Part shown: positions 42,406-58,552 of the stretch, piece by piece
How positions within the stretch are numbered: position 1 is the stretch's first letter
Layout: each line of letters begins with the position of its first letter
Assembly (NCBI RefSeq): GCF_009914755.1
Contig: NC_060943.1
Origin: the human T2T-CHM13v2.0 reference genome, Homo sapiens
Strand: one strand, 5' to 3'
Length of the DNA stretch: 64,000 bases
The notes under the pieces: generated by a model
What the model was told of the DNA's origin: nothing
The model's input: only the letters and a program-made list of their open reading frames with translations
Databases searched by the model: none
Position numbers and translations under genes: made by a program

Positions 42406-43441
42406 TCAAAAAAAAGAAAAGAAAAAAAAGAAAAAAAATGTGACAGACAATCTGAATAGGCCTACAATTATTGAAAATTGTTTCCATGTCACAATCTGTT
42501 TCCATGTCACAAAAATATTTCTCTCTAGTATTTTGTTCTGACAGCTCAAATATAGTAGGAGAATACTAATTTTAAAAAGAGAAATGAATCAATAAGTAAT
42601 TAATAAACAACCTTCCAGAACAGAAAGCCTCAAGCCCAGATTGATTTCACTGATAAATTCCACGAAACATACAAGAAAGAAAGTATGCTAATTTTCTACT
42701 ATCTCTTTTGGAAGACGAAAGCAGAGAAAATATTTCTCAACTCTTTCTATGAGACCAGCACTGCGCTAACTACTAAAGCAGGCAAAAACATTACCAGAAA
42801 ATAAAGAAAAAAAGGAAGGGAGGAAGAAAAGAGGTAAGGGGGAAATGGAGGGAGGGAAGAGGAAAGGAAGGGAGGGAGGGAGGGAGGGGCGGAGGAAGAA
42901 AGGAAATAAGAGGAAACGATACTGACCAATATTTCTGATGAACATAGATATCTCAATAAAATATTAGCAAATTGAATCCAACAGTGTATAAAAACAACTG
43001 CACACCACAACCAAATGGCATTTATCCCAGGGGCATAAGATTGTTTGAATATTTATAATCAGTTAATGTAAACCATCATATCAACAGGCTAAAGAAAAAA
43101 TTATCTAATCATAACAATGGATGCGGAAAGAGCATTTGATAAAAAAATTAAACACCAATTCGTGGCTTTCTTAATGCTCAGTAAAATAGGATTGGAAGGG
43201 AGCTTCCTCAACTTGATAAAGAATATGCAAAAGTACCCTACAGCTAACATCATACTTAACGGTGAGAAGCTAGAAGCTTTTCCGCCAAGATCAGCAGTAA
43301 GGTAAGGATGTCCTCTCTTACCATTGCTGTTCAACATTGTACTGGAAGTCACAGTTAATGCAATAAGATAATAGGAGAAAATTAAAAGTACTCAGATTGT
43401 GGCTGGGGGTGGTGGCTCACGCTTGTGATCCCAGCGCTTTA

Positions 43442-43841
<400 letters not shown>

Positions 43842-44054
43842 TTAATACATAAAAGTCAATCACTTTTCTATATAGCAATGAACAAGTGGAATTTGAAATC
43901 AAAACCACAATACCATTGACACTGGTACCCTGAAAATTGAATTACAGATGTATGAATCTAACAAAATATGTACAATATCTATAGGAGAAAAATGACAAAA
44001 CTGATGAAAAAAATCAAAGAACTAAATGAATAGAGAGATATTCCACATTCATGA

Positions 44055-45411
<1,357 letters not shown>

Positions 45412-46459
45412 AAAAATCCTAGACAGTTATTTTGTGAATATCAACAACTTGATCCTACAGTTTATGTGCAGGGGCAAAAGACCCAGAATAGCCAACACAA
45501 TATTGAAAGATTAAAACAAAGTTGGAGGGCTGACACTATCCAACCTCGAGACTTACCATAAAGCTACAGTAATCAAGAAAATGTCATATCAGTGAAAGAA
45601 AAGACAAACAGGCCCATAGAACAGAATAGAGGGCCCAGAAATAGATCAACATAAATACAGTCAACTGATGTTTGGCAAAGGTGAGAAGGCAACATGATGG
45701 AGAAAAATAGTCTTTTCTTTTCAAAAAAAAGAAACGGTGCTAGAACAACTGGACATCCACACACAAAAGAAAATCTAGACAGAGATCTTACACCCTTCAC
45801 AAATGTTTATTCAAAATGGACCATAGGGCTGGGCAAGGTGGCTCAAGCCTGAAATCCTAGCACTTTGGGAGGCCGAGGCGTGCGGATCGCTTGAGCCCAG
45901 GAGTTTGAGACCAGCCTGGGCAACCTGGCGAAACCCCGTCTCTACTAAAAATATGAAAAATTAGCCAGTCGTGGTGGTGCTTGCCTATGGTCCCTGCTAC
46001 TCAGAAGGCTCACCTGAGCTCAGGAAGTTGAGCCTGTGGTGAGCCAAGATCGTGCCACTGCACTCCAGCCTGGGCGACATGAGTGAGACCATCTCTCAAA
46101 AATAAATAAATAAATGAATGAAAATAAAAACTAAATAAATATATAAAATAATTTAAAAATTTAAATGGATCATAGATCTAAATGTAAAACATAAGATTAT
46201 AAAACTCTTAGGAAATAACATAGAGAATCTAGATGATCTTGGGTTTGGCAATAAATTTTTAGATATGACACCAAAGGCATAATTTATAAAAGAAAAAATG
46301 ATAAGCTAGACTTCATCAACGTCAAAAATTTCTGCTCTGAAGGCTGGGTGTGGTGGCTCATGCCTGTAATCCCAGGACTTTGGGAGGCTGAGGCAGGCAG
46401 ATCACCTGAGGTCAGGAGTTAGAGACTAGCCTGCCCAACATGGTGAAAACCCATCTCTA

Positions 46460-46636
<177 letters not shown>

Positions 46637-47647
46637 CTAAAACAAAACAAAACAAAAATTCTGCTCTGCAAAAGACACTGGTAAGAGAATAAAAAGAGAA
46701 GCCACAGACAGTGAAAAAAATATTTGCAAAAGACATGTCTGATAAAGTACTGTTATCCAAAACATACAAAGAACACTTAAAGCTCAACAATAAGAAAATG
46801 GGCAACCCAATTCAAAAATAGGCAAGAGGTCTGAACAGACACCTCCTCAAAGAAGGTATGTGGATGGCAGGTGAGCTTAGGAGAAGATGCTCCACATCCT
46901 ATATCATCAGGGAAATGCAAATTAAAACAACAATGAAGTATCAGCACACGCATATTAAAGTGGTCAAAATTCAGAAAACTTACAGCACTAAATGCTGGTG
47001 AGAAGGTGGAACAGCAGCAACTTTGATCATTGCCGCCGAGAATGCAAAATGGCACAGTCACTTTGAAAGACAGTTTGGCAGTTTCTTACACAACTAAACA
47101 TACTCTTGCCATACAATTCAGGATATGTGCCCCTTACTGTTTACCCAAAGGAGTTGAAAACATATGCCCACACACTGTTTATAGCAGCATACTGATGTTC
47201 ACAGCAGCTTTATTTATAATTGACCAAACTTGGAGGCAATCAAGACGTCCTTCAGTAGCTGAATGGGTAATTAAACTGTGATATGTGCAAACAATGGAAT
47301 ATATTCAGCATGAATAGAAATCAACCACGAAGTCATGAAAAGACATGAAGGAGCTTAAATGCATATTACAAAGTGAAAGAAGCCAATCTGAAAAGGCTAC
47401 ATATTGTATTATTCCAACTATACAATATTCTTGAAAGGGACCAGCCTGGGCAACATGGTGAGAACTGTCTCTACAAAAATATATATATATATATATATAC
47501 AAAAATTAGCCAGGCAATGCGGTACATGCCTGTAGTCCCAGCTACTCAGGAGGCTGAGGTGGAAGGACTGCCTGAGCCCAGGAGGCAGAGGTTACAGTGA
47601 GCCATGATCGTGCCACTGCACTCCAGCCTGGATGACAGAGGGAGACC

Positions 47648-48041
47648 AAAGAAAGAAGGAAAGAAAGAAAGAAAAAGAGAGAGAGAGAAAGAAAGAAAGA
47701 GAGAGAGAAAGAAAGAAAGAAAGAGAGAGAGAGAAAGAGAGAGAGAGAGAAAGAGAGAAAGAGAGAGAGAAAGAAGAAAAAGAAAAAAGAAAGAAAGAAA
47801 GGAAGAGAGAGAGAAAGAAAGAGAGAAAGAAAGAAGAAAGAAAGAAAGAAGAAAAGAAAGAAAGAGAGAGAAAGAAAGAAAGAAGAAAGAACGAAAAAAG
47901 AAAGAAAGGAAGAAAGAGAGAGAAAGAAAAGAAAGAGAAAGAAAGAGAGAAAGAAAGAAAGAAAGAGAAAGAAAGAAAGAAAAGAAAGAGAAAGGAAGGG
48001 CAGGGCAGGGCAGGGCAGGGCAAGGCAAGGCAAGGCAAGGC
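47648..48041. repeat. ~390-bp polypurine tract (GAAA/GA)n ending in (GGGCA)n(AGGCA)n; expanded Alu tail
   Basis: Direct reading; follows an AluJ right arm. Confidence 0.95.
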
Positions 48042-48944
48042 CTATGGAGACAGTAAAAAATATCAGTGGTTTCCAGGAGATAGAGGGAAGGGAAGGATGA
48101 GTAGGTGGAGATTATAGAAGATTTATGGCAGTGAAGCTATTTTGTATGATACTATAATGGTAGACACATGTCATTATACATTTGTCCAAAGCCATAGAAT
48201 GTACAACACCAAGAATGGACTCTAATATGAACTATGTACCGTGAGCGATAATAATGTGTCAATGCGGGTTCATTCATTTTAACAAATGTGCCACTCTGGT
48301 AAGGGATGTTGATACTCAAGAGGCTTGTGTGTTAGGAGGGCGGAGTAAGGGTGTACAGGAACTCTGTGTTCCCTGATCAATTTTGCTGTGACACTAAAAC
48401 GGCTCTAAAAAATAAAGTCTATTGTCCAGGCACAGTGGTTCACGCCTGCAATCCCAACACTTTGGGAGGCTTAGGTGGGAGCATCGCTTGAGCCCAGGAA
48501 CTCAAGACCAGCCTGGGCAACATAGCAAAACCCTGTCTCTAAAGAAAATTAAAAACATTATCCAAGCATGGTGGCGCACCTGTGGTCCCAGTTACTGGGG
48601 AGTCTGAGGCGAGACGATCTCTTGAGCCCCGGAGTTCGAGGCTGCAGTGAACCATGATCACACCACCACACTCCAGCCTGGGTAACAGAGCGAGACTCTA
48701 TCTCTAAAAAATGTCTATTTTAAAGAAGTTTTAATACATGCAGTGGAAACACACAAAAAATAAGTCAGATGCTACAAAGTGATCTGTGAAAACTGAATTT
48801 CCCTTCCACCTGCAAAACTTAGTCTCCTAAGACCCACTAAATTTAATTGCCAGTTCATAAATGTATCTCTTCCAGATACACTTTAGAATCTTCTTGTTGA
48901 GTTCCACAAATATCCTGCTGGGATTTCATTTGGACTGCAATGAT

Positions 48945-49409
48945 TTTTTTAATTAAATTTTATTTTATTTTAAGTTCCAGGATACATGTGCAGGATGTGC
49001 AGGTTTGTTACACAGGTAAATGTGTGTCATGGTGGTTTGCTGCACCCACCAACCCATCACCTAGGTATTAAGCCCCGCATGCATTAGCTATTTATCCTGA
49101 TGCTCTCCCTCCCCCTGACCCTCCCAACAGACTCCATTGTGTGTTGTTCCCCTCGCTGTGTCCATGTGTTCTCATTGTTCAGCTCCCACTTCTAAGGGAA
49201 AACATGCCATGTTTGGTTTTCTGTTCCTGTGTTAGTTTACTGAGGATGATGGCTTCCAGCTCCATTCATGTCCCTGCAAAGGACATAATCTTGCTCCTTT
49301 TATGGCTGCCTAGTATTCCACGGTGTATATGTGCCATATTTTCCTTATCCAGTCTATCACTGATGGGCATTTGGGTTGATTCCATGTCTTTGCTATTGTG
49401 AATAGTGCT
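48945..49409 (-). mobile_element. 5'-truncated L1PA 3' end (older L1PA)
   Basis: gatacatgtgcaggatgtgcaggtttgttac motif; actgcaatga on both flanks. Confidence 0.88.
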
Positions 49410-49601
49410 ACTGCAATGAATTTATAGGTTCGTTCAGGTATCTTCCCATTTAATTTTGTGTTTGTGCTTGAAATTTATGAGAACTGTTTCATGATCCCTC
49501 GTTTTAATAGCACCATTTTCTTCTCTGGGTGCACTGTCATGTGAAGAAGTCTCTGGAGAGAATAGTGAGGAGTCAAGCTCCTGGTTAAAAACCTACGTGA
49601 G

Positions 49602-49917
<316 letters not shown>

Positions 49918-50483
49918 TCAAGCCTGACCGTAGGCAATTATAGAATTACAGAGGCTTTAACTGGCAGGGCTCATGGGGGAAATTGCCCTCCCCACACCAG
50001 ACCCAGTGCATAATCAATGCGTCACAGTCTCCTAGGAGAGTTGCAGTCAAGGACTCGAGTCCCCTTGACCAGCCATGGTCTTACACGTATCTCCTTTCAA
50101 AGGTACCTTTATTAGTTACCTTCAGCGGAGGGCTTCCTTGGGCACCTCTGCCAAGACATCCTTGTCATAGAAAAACAGGGGAAACATGAAGACACACTTT
50201 CACCCACTATGACTCAGTACCCAGTACTTTTCCACACCTAGCCCTTCCTCCTCTTCCTCCCCTTAGCCTCCATTCCATAAAACTGCAGAAGCCTTTTGTT
50301 GTAGGATTGTGCAGCAGTGAGATGACCCCCACGTCTGTGCAATCTACCTTACCCTCAAATCACCATTTGGTGATGCGAGTGGGAAAAAATGGAATGGGAG
50401 AAGCTGGTGCTTTCTCTGATGGAGCCTCATTCCTGTGCTATCACAGCAAGTGATGAAAGTCTTGACTGTTGCTTTAGTGTGGG

Positions 50484-50858
50484 TGATATGGTTTGGATGT
50501 GTCCCCACCCAAATCTCATCTAGACTTGTAGTTCCTAAAATTCTCACGTCATGGGAGGGATCCAGTGGGAGGTAATCGAATCATGGGGGTGGTCACTCCC
50601 ATGCTGCTGTTCTCATGATAGTGAGTAAGTTCTCATGAGATCTGATGGTTTTATAAGGGGCTTTTCCCACTTTTGCTCAGCACTTCTTGCTGCCACCACG
50701 TGAAGAAAGACGTGTCTGCTTCCCCTTCCACCACAACTGTTAAGATTCCTAAGGCTTCCCAAGCCACGCTGAACTGTGAGTCAATCAAACCTCTTTCCCT
50801 CATAAATTACCCAGTCTCAGTTATGTCTTCATTAGCAGTGTGAGACCTGACTAATGCA
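50484..50858 (+). mobile_element. THE1 (MaLR) solo LTR
   Basis: tgatatggtttggatgtgtccccacccaaatctcatc...gactaatgca; 5-bp TSD gtggg. Confidence 0.92.
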
Positions 50859-51029
50859 GTGGGCTTGCTATCTTCACTGGGTCCTTCAACACTGGGCAGC
50901 TCAGCTCTCTCTCCTTCTTAGCTGAGCCCATGACAAATGGAAATGAGCAAATTATTGGGCTGTCTTTTCTTCCTTCTGTTGGGTCTGTTGCTTGGAGATT
51001 AGTTCTGTTTCATCTGGTTCTTCCTCTTT

Positions 51030-51664
51030 TGAGGCAAGACAATAGCAGAGGGAATTGGAGAATTGGAGGCTGGATAAAGGATGGAATGAGTAGGAGTAGA
51101 AGCAGGATAAAGAGGTGGGTGAGCAAGAAGCAAGATAATAAGCAGAAGTTGAGCAGCCAAAACAAAGGTGAGATAAAATAACTGAGTAAAGAGACCCCAT
51201 GGCCAGCAAGATCTGGACCAAACCTGTCAGGGGCAGCTCCTCAGAGATGGGCATGTGCATTTGAGGAAAAGGTATCCTTAAAATGACCGCACATGATCAT
51301 CAGCTACTTAAGGTTCATGCATATGGACTGCATATCGTGCATGTACTTAAAAGTATGGGATGGAGGCAACATGCAAGTGCACAAGGGTCAAAGTAACTAA
51401 GTAACCCACCTATCAATCAAAAGGCAGACACTGGCTAAAGATTAGGCAGCCTTGGGAAAAGAAGAGAAAAAAACATATCAAAGAAACCCAAATACACCTA
51501 ACTGGTGCTGATCTCATTTCTCAAAGGTCAGTCCACTCTCCCTTTTCCAAGAGTGTAATACTGTGCTTAATAAACTTTTGCTGCTTTGCTATCTGTGTGC
51601 ATCTCACACAATTCTTTGTTCAGGGCATGAAGAGCCTGGAACAGCGTGATACCATCTGGTAACA
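51030..51664 (+). mobile_element. ERV1 (MER4-group) solo LTR
   Basis: TG...CA termini, internal AATAAA (~51568), 4-bp TSD cttt. Confidence 0.8.
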
Positions 51665-52168
51665 CTTTAACGCCCTTAGGTAAATGCTGGGTAAACATGG
51701 ATTGCCCTGCTGATGAGTGAGGGACCATGTTGATTATTATTGCTTTTGTTCTCTTTGGTTTTAGATTTACTTCCACATCAGGCCTTTTGGTAGATGGGTG
51801 GGTCAGACCCTATCAACAGGCATGGGTTGGGGGCTTGCAGGCAGCCTCAAGACTCCTTCCCCATAGCTAAATTTAGGAAGACTTGACTTGGGAAGGCTGA
51901 GGCTTTCCTGAATTTCTTTTAGTGTTCTATTCTTTGTTGCATTTTTTCTCTGTTCACTGTGGAGATCTGGAGCAAGCGCTCATTGGATGTACTTCTCCCC
52001 CAGACTCCAAAACCCATTGGGATGCACCACTCCCACACCTATAGAGAGAGGAAGAGAGGGAGAGGAGGAGGAGAGAGTGGCAGCATCTGCCCTTTCTGAG
52101 AATGTGAACTGAGACGCCAAAACAGATGCCCCTGTATCAACTAAGACGGGCCCTAACATTAAGGAGAG

Positions 52169-53303
52169 TGAAGCAGTGTCCTTGTCTGGGGTAAATGCTC
52201 AAGGTTCTTGTCTCATGCCAGGGAAATTGAGGATGCAGACACACAAGCAGTGAGTTTAAGAGTGGAAGTTTAATAGGTGAAAGAAAGAGAAAAGAGAATA
52301 GCTCTCTCTTCTGCAGAGAGAGAGGGGCTCCCAGGTGGGACTTCCAGTCCAGCAAAGTGCATGGGGTTTTATAGACTAGCTTGATGAGGCAGTGTCTGAT
52401 TTACAAAAGGCCCAAAGATTGGTTGGACCAGGTGTACCATTTACATACTGCGAGAAGAAGCTGGCCACCCCACCCTAATATTTTATTATGCAAATGGGTT
52501 ATCTACCTGACCTGCGCCACGTTACCTCTTTCTTTACTGTACATGTGGTTGACAAAGAAAAGGAAAGATGGAGCAGCCATGTTGAACATGTCTAGTGCCC
52601 AGGCAGCCTTTTCCTATTGGCACAGCTGCTATGCAAGCTTCCATCTTGCTTATCTATCTCTGCAGCTTGATTTTACAGGCTGCTGTTTATTAGAAAAGAA
52701 ATGATTTGGGGTTGCTTTTCATTAAAAGGAAAACCTTACTGAGTGAGGCTAAGAGTGAAGGATTAATAGGCAACAGAAAGAGAAAAGAGAATAGTTCTCT
52801 CTCCTGCAGAGAGATAGGGGCACCCAAGTGGGTCTTCTAGTCCCGTGGCAAAGTGCACAGGGTTTTGTAGACTGGCTTGAGGAGGCTGTGTCTGATTTAC
52901 ATAGGGCCCAAAGGTTGGTTGGACCAGGAGTGACGATTACATAGTGCTGCAAAGAAGCTGGCCATCCACCCTAATCTTTCATTATGCAAATCGATTTTCT
53001 ACCTGGACAGCAGCATGTTGCCTGCTCCTTACTATACACGTGGTTGGCAAAGATAAGGGAAGAGGGAGCCCCCACGTTGAAAATGCCTGGCCCTCAGATA
53101 GCCTTTTCCTACTGGCACAGCTGCCAGCATTCTCCCTTGCAAGCTTCCAGCTTGCTTATCTATGTCTGCAGCCTGATTTTACAGGCTGCTTTTGTTAGAA
53201 AACAAATGATTTGGGGGCTGCTTTTCATTAAAAGGGAAACTTTACTGAGGACTCTCTTACCCTCACTACCTGCCTAAATAATTTCTTTTTAATGCCTGTA
53301 TCA
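52169..53303 (-). mobile_element. Two abutting MER51-like ERV1 LTR copies
   Basis: ~500-bp block repeated (~52250-52745 and ~52755-53250). Outer termini tgaagcag and cctgtatca. Confidence 0.8.
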
Positions 53304-53680
53304 TTTAGGATAGAAATTCCCAGGATCCGTGGTGCTTCCATAGCAAAGGAAGAACGTCTCCAGGGAGATGACTTTACAGTTGAGCCCTGGATGATGAGAT
53401 TCGATCATGAAAGAATTGGAGAAGAGCATCCTGAGGGCAGGGACAGGCAAGTCAAAAGGTCCCAAGACAAGAAAAGATCATCCATGCGGGGGCCAAGGCC
53501 AGGGTGGCCACAAAGAAGGGAGAAGAGCTGGAGAGGAGATGTGAAGAGTTAGCAGGGCTCAGTGGTGCACAGTCCCTTAGGCTGTGAAAGGAGATCAGCA
53601 TCTGTAGCCGAATTTTATTTTGAGACATTAACTGAAGCTCCTTCTATTCTCCTACCCCTTACCCTTCCAGGTGCTCCCAC

Positions 53681-54155
53681 TGACAGAGCAGGAGCATCGC
53701 CATCTTGGACAAGCACCACCATTTTAAAGTTTGCCTTGATCAAAACTGCCTAAATCCAAAGGGCATCAGCCTAATGGCTAAGGTCAGCATGACCATAAAC
53801 CACAAATGACATCTCCGACCAGAAACATTCCAACCCTAAGATAAACCCCTCCCCAACCAGAGACATGCCAGCCCTGAGATAACCTCCCCTCCAGCCGGAG
53901 AGATGTCTGCACCAAGACAATCTCCCCTTTGACCACAGACATTCCAACCCTGCCATAAACATTTCCCCCACAAAGAAACATTCCAAGCCTGTAATAAGCT
54001 CTCTCACCCTAAAACCAATAAATACCCTTAGTCTGTAAGAGAGAGTGCTCCTGACCGAAATCAGCCAGAAGCCCCTATCAGGTCTATTCTCCAAAATAAG
54101 CCTGTCTTTGTTGAGCTGCTTTTTGTGTTTCTTTCGTCTTTCTTTAACTCTTACA
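53681..54155 (+). mobile_element. ERV1-class solo LTR (same family as 20289-20791)
   Basis: tgacagagcaggagcatcgccatcttggac...taactcttaca; 4-bp TSD ccac. Confidence 0.85.
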
Positions 54156-55346
54156 CCACCACTCTTGGAAAACATTGCCGCCTATATGCACAGCCCTCTA
54201 GGGGTAACGCTGATCCAATGAGCACAAATATTTCAATTTTTGCTTTGGATCTCCAAGACACTGTCCTAAAAGTCATGGCAGAACCAACTGTCTTGAAAGG
54301 CAACATGCTTTAATAGCCAGGCTTTCTGAGAGAGGAAGTAATAATGGGCAGATTTTTTGAGCATTTACTGTGACCTGGCACTGCCCTGAGTCCTTTACAC
54401 TTAGTCCTCTGGACAATTCTGAGGTAGGTAGTGTTGTCCCCATTATATGGTTAGGACGCTGAAGCTCAGAGAGGGAAATTAACTTGCCCAAGTCACACAG
54501 CAGAACCGAGATTTGAGCCCAAGCAGTCCAGTTCCAGATCCCGTGCCTTTGGGTGATGTCTGCTTCCAATGGTTTGGCTTTGAATCTCAAGGGTCAAAAG
54601 GGATGGCTCTGACTCCAATCCCACCCCAAGATGGGCCAGGAAGACCTGTGCTGGGAATGGAGGAGAAACCTAGAGATGAAAGGGTGGGGCCCGTCCTCCC
54701 ACTGACACTCATGAGAGTGCCGGGCACACAGTGGAGGAGGGAATGGTGGGAGGGGGTTGTGGTAGCACCTGTTGACCAGGCTGCCTGGGCAGCATCAGGG
54801 AGCCCAGAAGAGAAAGGGAGGGGGCTCCCTGAAGGTAGGCAATGGGGGCTACAGAGGAAAGCAACTAGAAGGGCAGACATAGCAGGGGGACATTGGCAAG
54901 GAAAGGAACTAAAAATTCTGAAGCGCCAGCCAGGGCGGAAGATGCACCCCTCTTTCCCTGTGCTCTGGGCTGGCCAAGGGCCTCTGTCTTGGGGGCACCA
55001 GCAGCCCAGATGAATGGATCTACCTCTACAGGTTCTTCTTCCTTACTCAGAGCCTCAGTCTTTCTCCTTAAATGCCTTTATAACCCTGGTCCCTCTCCTG
55101 CTCAAATACCTCCCATAGCTCCCTATTGCCCACTGGATAAACTCCATAGTTGGCCTCCAAGAGAACCTGCTACCAGAGTGTAGGTCTCGTGTTCAGCCAG
55201 GGAGGCAGTCAGGGTGTTGCTCTCAGAGATGCCCCCCTGCCCTGATCCCCTGCCTCCCACTGACCCAGCCCACCTCTGAATCCTCACAGTCCCCAAGCAC
55301 CCCGTGATGGCTCTGGGTGAGACTCAGGCAAAGAGGACAGCACAGT

Positions 55347-55352
55347 TTTATT
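55347..55352 (-). terminator. Relict polyadenylation signal (AATAAA) of the CYP4F pseudogene
   Basis: tttatt on plus, ~65 nt after the stop codon at 55417. Confidence 0.7.
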
Positions 55353-55416
55353 CATGGGATTCTGCAAAGGTGTGGGTGGGTGGCTTGGGTGGGGTCCAAG
55401 GCCAAGCGGCTATGGG

Positions 55417-57076
55417 TCACTGTGGGTCTCCGCTCAGGGGCTTCACCCACAGCCAAAGTCCGCCCTCTGCATACATTATGACCTCCGGCTTCCTGCGGGG
55501 CTCCATGTGGTCTGGACAGACACGGAAGCACAGCAGCGTGAGCGCCAGGACCACCTTCATCTCAGCCATTGCAAACGCCTGCCCAATGCAGTTCCTGGTG
55601 CGGGGGAAGGGACTCTGACTGCACCCAGGACCCGCATCCCGGCCCCATCCCTGGCCCCAGACCCTGAATCAGGCCCACACAACTCTGAGTTTTTACACTT
55701 AGTCCTCTGGACAACCCTGAGGTAGGTAGTGTTGTCACCATATGGTTGGGAAAATAAAGCTCAGAGAGGGGAATTAACTTGCCCAAGTCACACAGCAGAG
55801 CTGAGGCTTGAGCCTAAGCAATCTGATCCAGATCCCATGCCTTTGGGGTGGTGTTTGCATCCAGCGGTCTGGCTTTGAATCTCAAGGGTCAAAAGGGATG
55901 GCCCTGACCCCGACCCCACCCCAAGATAGGCCAAGGTGGGCTGTGCTGGGAATGGAGGAGGAACCTGTAGGTGAAAGGGTGGGGATTCGCCCTCCCCGTG
56001 ACACTCTTGGGAGAGCGCCTGGCACACAGTTGGGGAGCGAGAGGGTGGTCTCAGGAAGCATCTGTTGGCCAGGCTGCCTGGGTAGCATCAGGGGACCCAG
56101 AATAGAAAGGGAGGGGGTTCCCTGAAGGCAGGGGAAGTGGGTCACAGAGAACACCAACCAGGAGGGGCAGACAGAGCAGTGGGACATTTGCAAGGAAGGG
56201 AACTAAGGATTCCAAAAGCCAGCCAGGGAGGGGCAGAGAAGGGAGCTAACTGTGCCTGGGACCCCCATATGGGCTTGCATATCCCCGGAGCCTGGCCCAG
56301 ACTCCAGCCCCAGCTGAGACCAGCAGAGGGGGTGGGGGCTCTGAGCATATCACAGACTATTCTTGGAACTACCCAAACCTGTTCTATGGACCTTTGCCCA
56401 TAAACTCCAGAGGAGGAAAGGAAAGGAAATCTGGAACTGGGACCATCTGCAACATCCTCAGTTTTCAAGCCCCACACCCATCACCCCATCCCTGCCTCAG
56501 ACACAGGCCACCCTTGTCTGGACCCTGCTGAGAAGGGAATAAAAGCCAGAGGTGATCTCTCTTTGCTATTCTCTGGGTCAAAGCGGAAGGGGTCATAGAC
56601 CTGGAGGTGAGACCAAGAAGGGTTGCTGGGTGGGGTCTCCCAGGTATGCCAGCCTTGGAGAGACAGACAGTTGTGTGTGTCTTGGAGGGAGGTGATGTTG
56701 GATTCTCTTGGTCAAAACCCTGCCCCCTCCTCTAGGACCCCTAAAATGGACCTTAAAAAGGGGGGTATTGGGGAGGCAGCACCTCAGGGTCCAGCCACAC
56801 AGTTGGGTTGTGGTGAGTCTCAAAATTACTGAAGAGACAGACAATGCCTGTAGGAGAGAAGGGGGCAGTCAGGACAAGGTCCCCCTGCCTGAGAGGCCCC
56901 TCTTCCTACCCAGGAGGCACCTCCCCATGAGGCTGTGGGCACCTTTGGGGATGACTCAGCCGCCTGGGAGCACAATGTCCTGGGTGCAGCATCGGGAGAT
57001 GACAGGGACTGGGGGATGCAGCCACAGGCTGTCCTTAATGTACATGGTCAGGAAGGGCAGCTGGGCCAGGTCATCC
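55417..57076 (-). pseudogene. CYP4F9P: 3' four exons of a CYP4F pseudogene (57076-56943, 56847-56783, 56600-56518, 55594-55417); likely CYP4F9P
   Basis: Exon sizes 134/65/83 bp plus terminal exon. Peptides [54 protein letters not shown]. In-frame TGA at 56958-56956, ExxR lost (DSLW), donor GT replaced by AC at 56517. Pseudogene call is firm; the symbol is from recalled gene order. Confidence 0.85.
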
Positions 57077-57693
57077 CTAAAGAAACACCCAGCCCCAATC
57101 ATTATCAAGGTAGCAAAGACACAACTCTCCAGTTCTCTGTTTGCAAGTGAGACCTTTTCTCCCTGTAACGAACTCCACATGGAACAAATGTTTGAGGATT
57201 AGAAAACCAGAAAAAAAAAATAGAAAGATTCCAAAGAAAATTTAACCAGGTAGTTTAAAAAGACATATTTTTTAAAAAATCAAAATGCCAACTGTAAAAT
57301 AAAAAAAATGAATTTGCATAAAAATAAGTATTCTTTGTGACAAGAGAGCAAACTCATAATCCAAATGAATAAGAAACAAAATATACTTTCAATGTTTTGC
57401 TCATATTCATCACTGCACTAGAGATACTAGCAAATGAAATTAGACAAGGGAAAAAGAGAATATGTAATTTGAAATGTGGGGTAAATGTATCATTTTGGAA
57501 CAGTGATTCTGAGTCTTTTAATAGAGTTTAAAATTTGCTTAGATATCTTAGGCATATTTTGTTAAATCCACTCCTAGATACTTTTGTTGCTATGGAAAAA
57601 TGTGTCACCTTTTATTTGGGTTCAGGGAAATTTATGAATTCATTTGGAATATAGAGATTTTGTGTTTCTTGTTAAATTTAATCCAGGTATTTT

Positions 57694-57694
57694 A

Positions 57695-57740
<46 letters not shown>
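57694..57740. repeat. (ATT)n microsatellite
   Basis: Direct reading, ~15 units. Confidence 0.95.
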
Positions 57741-58133
57741 GGCATCTTTTCTTTCATGCTGTTTTCCAGCTGGTTGTTATTTCTACCAAGAAAGACTAAT
57801 GAATGCATGTAAATTGTGTGCCCAATGAACACAGTACATGCTAAAAATGGTGTCTCATATCAATAGCAAAATTATTGATCATTTAATAAAAGCCCTTGGG
57901 ATGACTGGGGAACAGCATGGAAAAAGAGTAAACTTAACCTGGTTCTCATGTCTTATAACAAGATAATGTCCAGATGAATCAAGTATTTAAAAAAAATTTT
58001 TTTAAAGAATCTTAAAAGCTATAGAAGAAACCATGGGAATATTATTTTATACTTCCAGATTAAGAAAACCTTATTTTCACACAGGTCCCAGGAGATATAC
58101 AAGAAGAGAGCAATATGTACTTAAACGAGAAAA

Positions 58134-58552
<419 letters not shown>

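Noticed and set aside
47542-48117. Lys/Glu/Arg-rich and Phe/Leu/Ser-rich ORFs
   Set aside because: Translations of a GA-rich microsatellite.
56951-56961. ATGACTCAGC AP-1/ARE-like motif
   Set aside because: Coincides with the nonsense codon in a pseudogene exon, far from any supported promoter; no other support.
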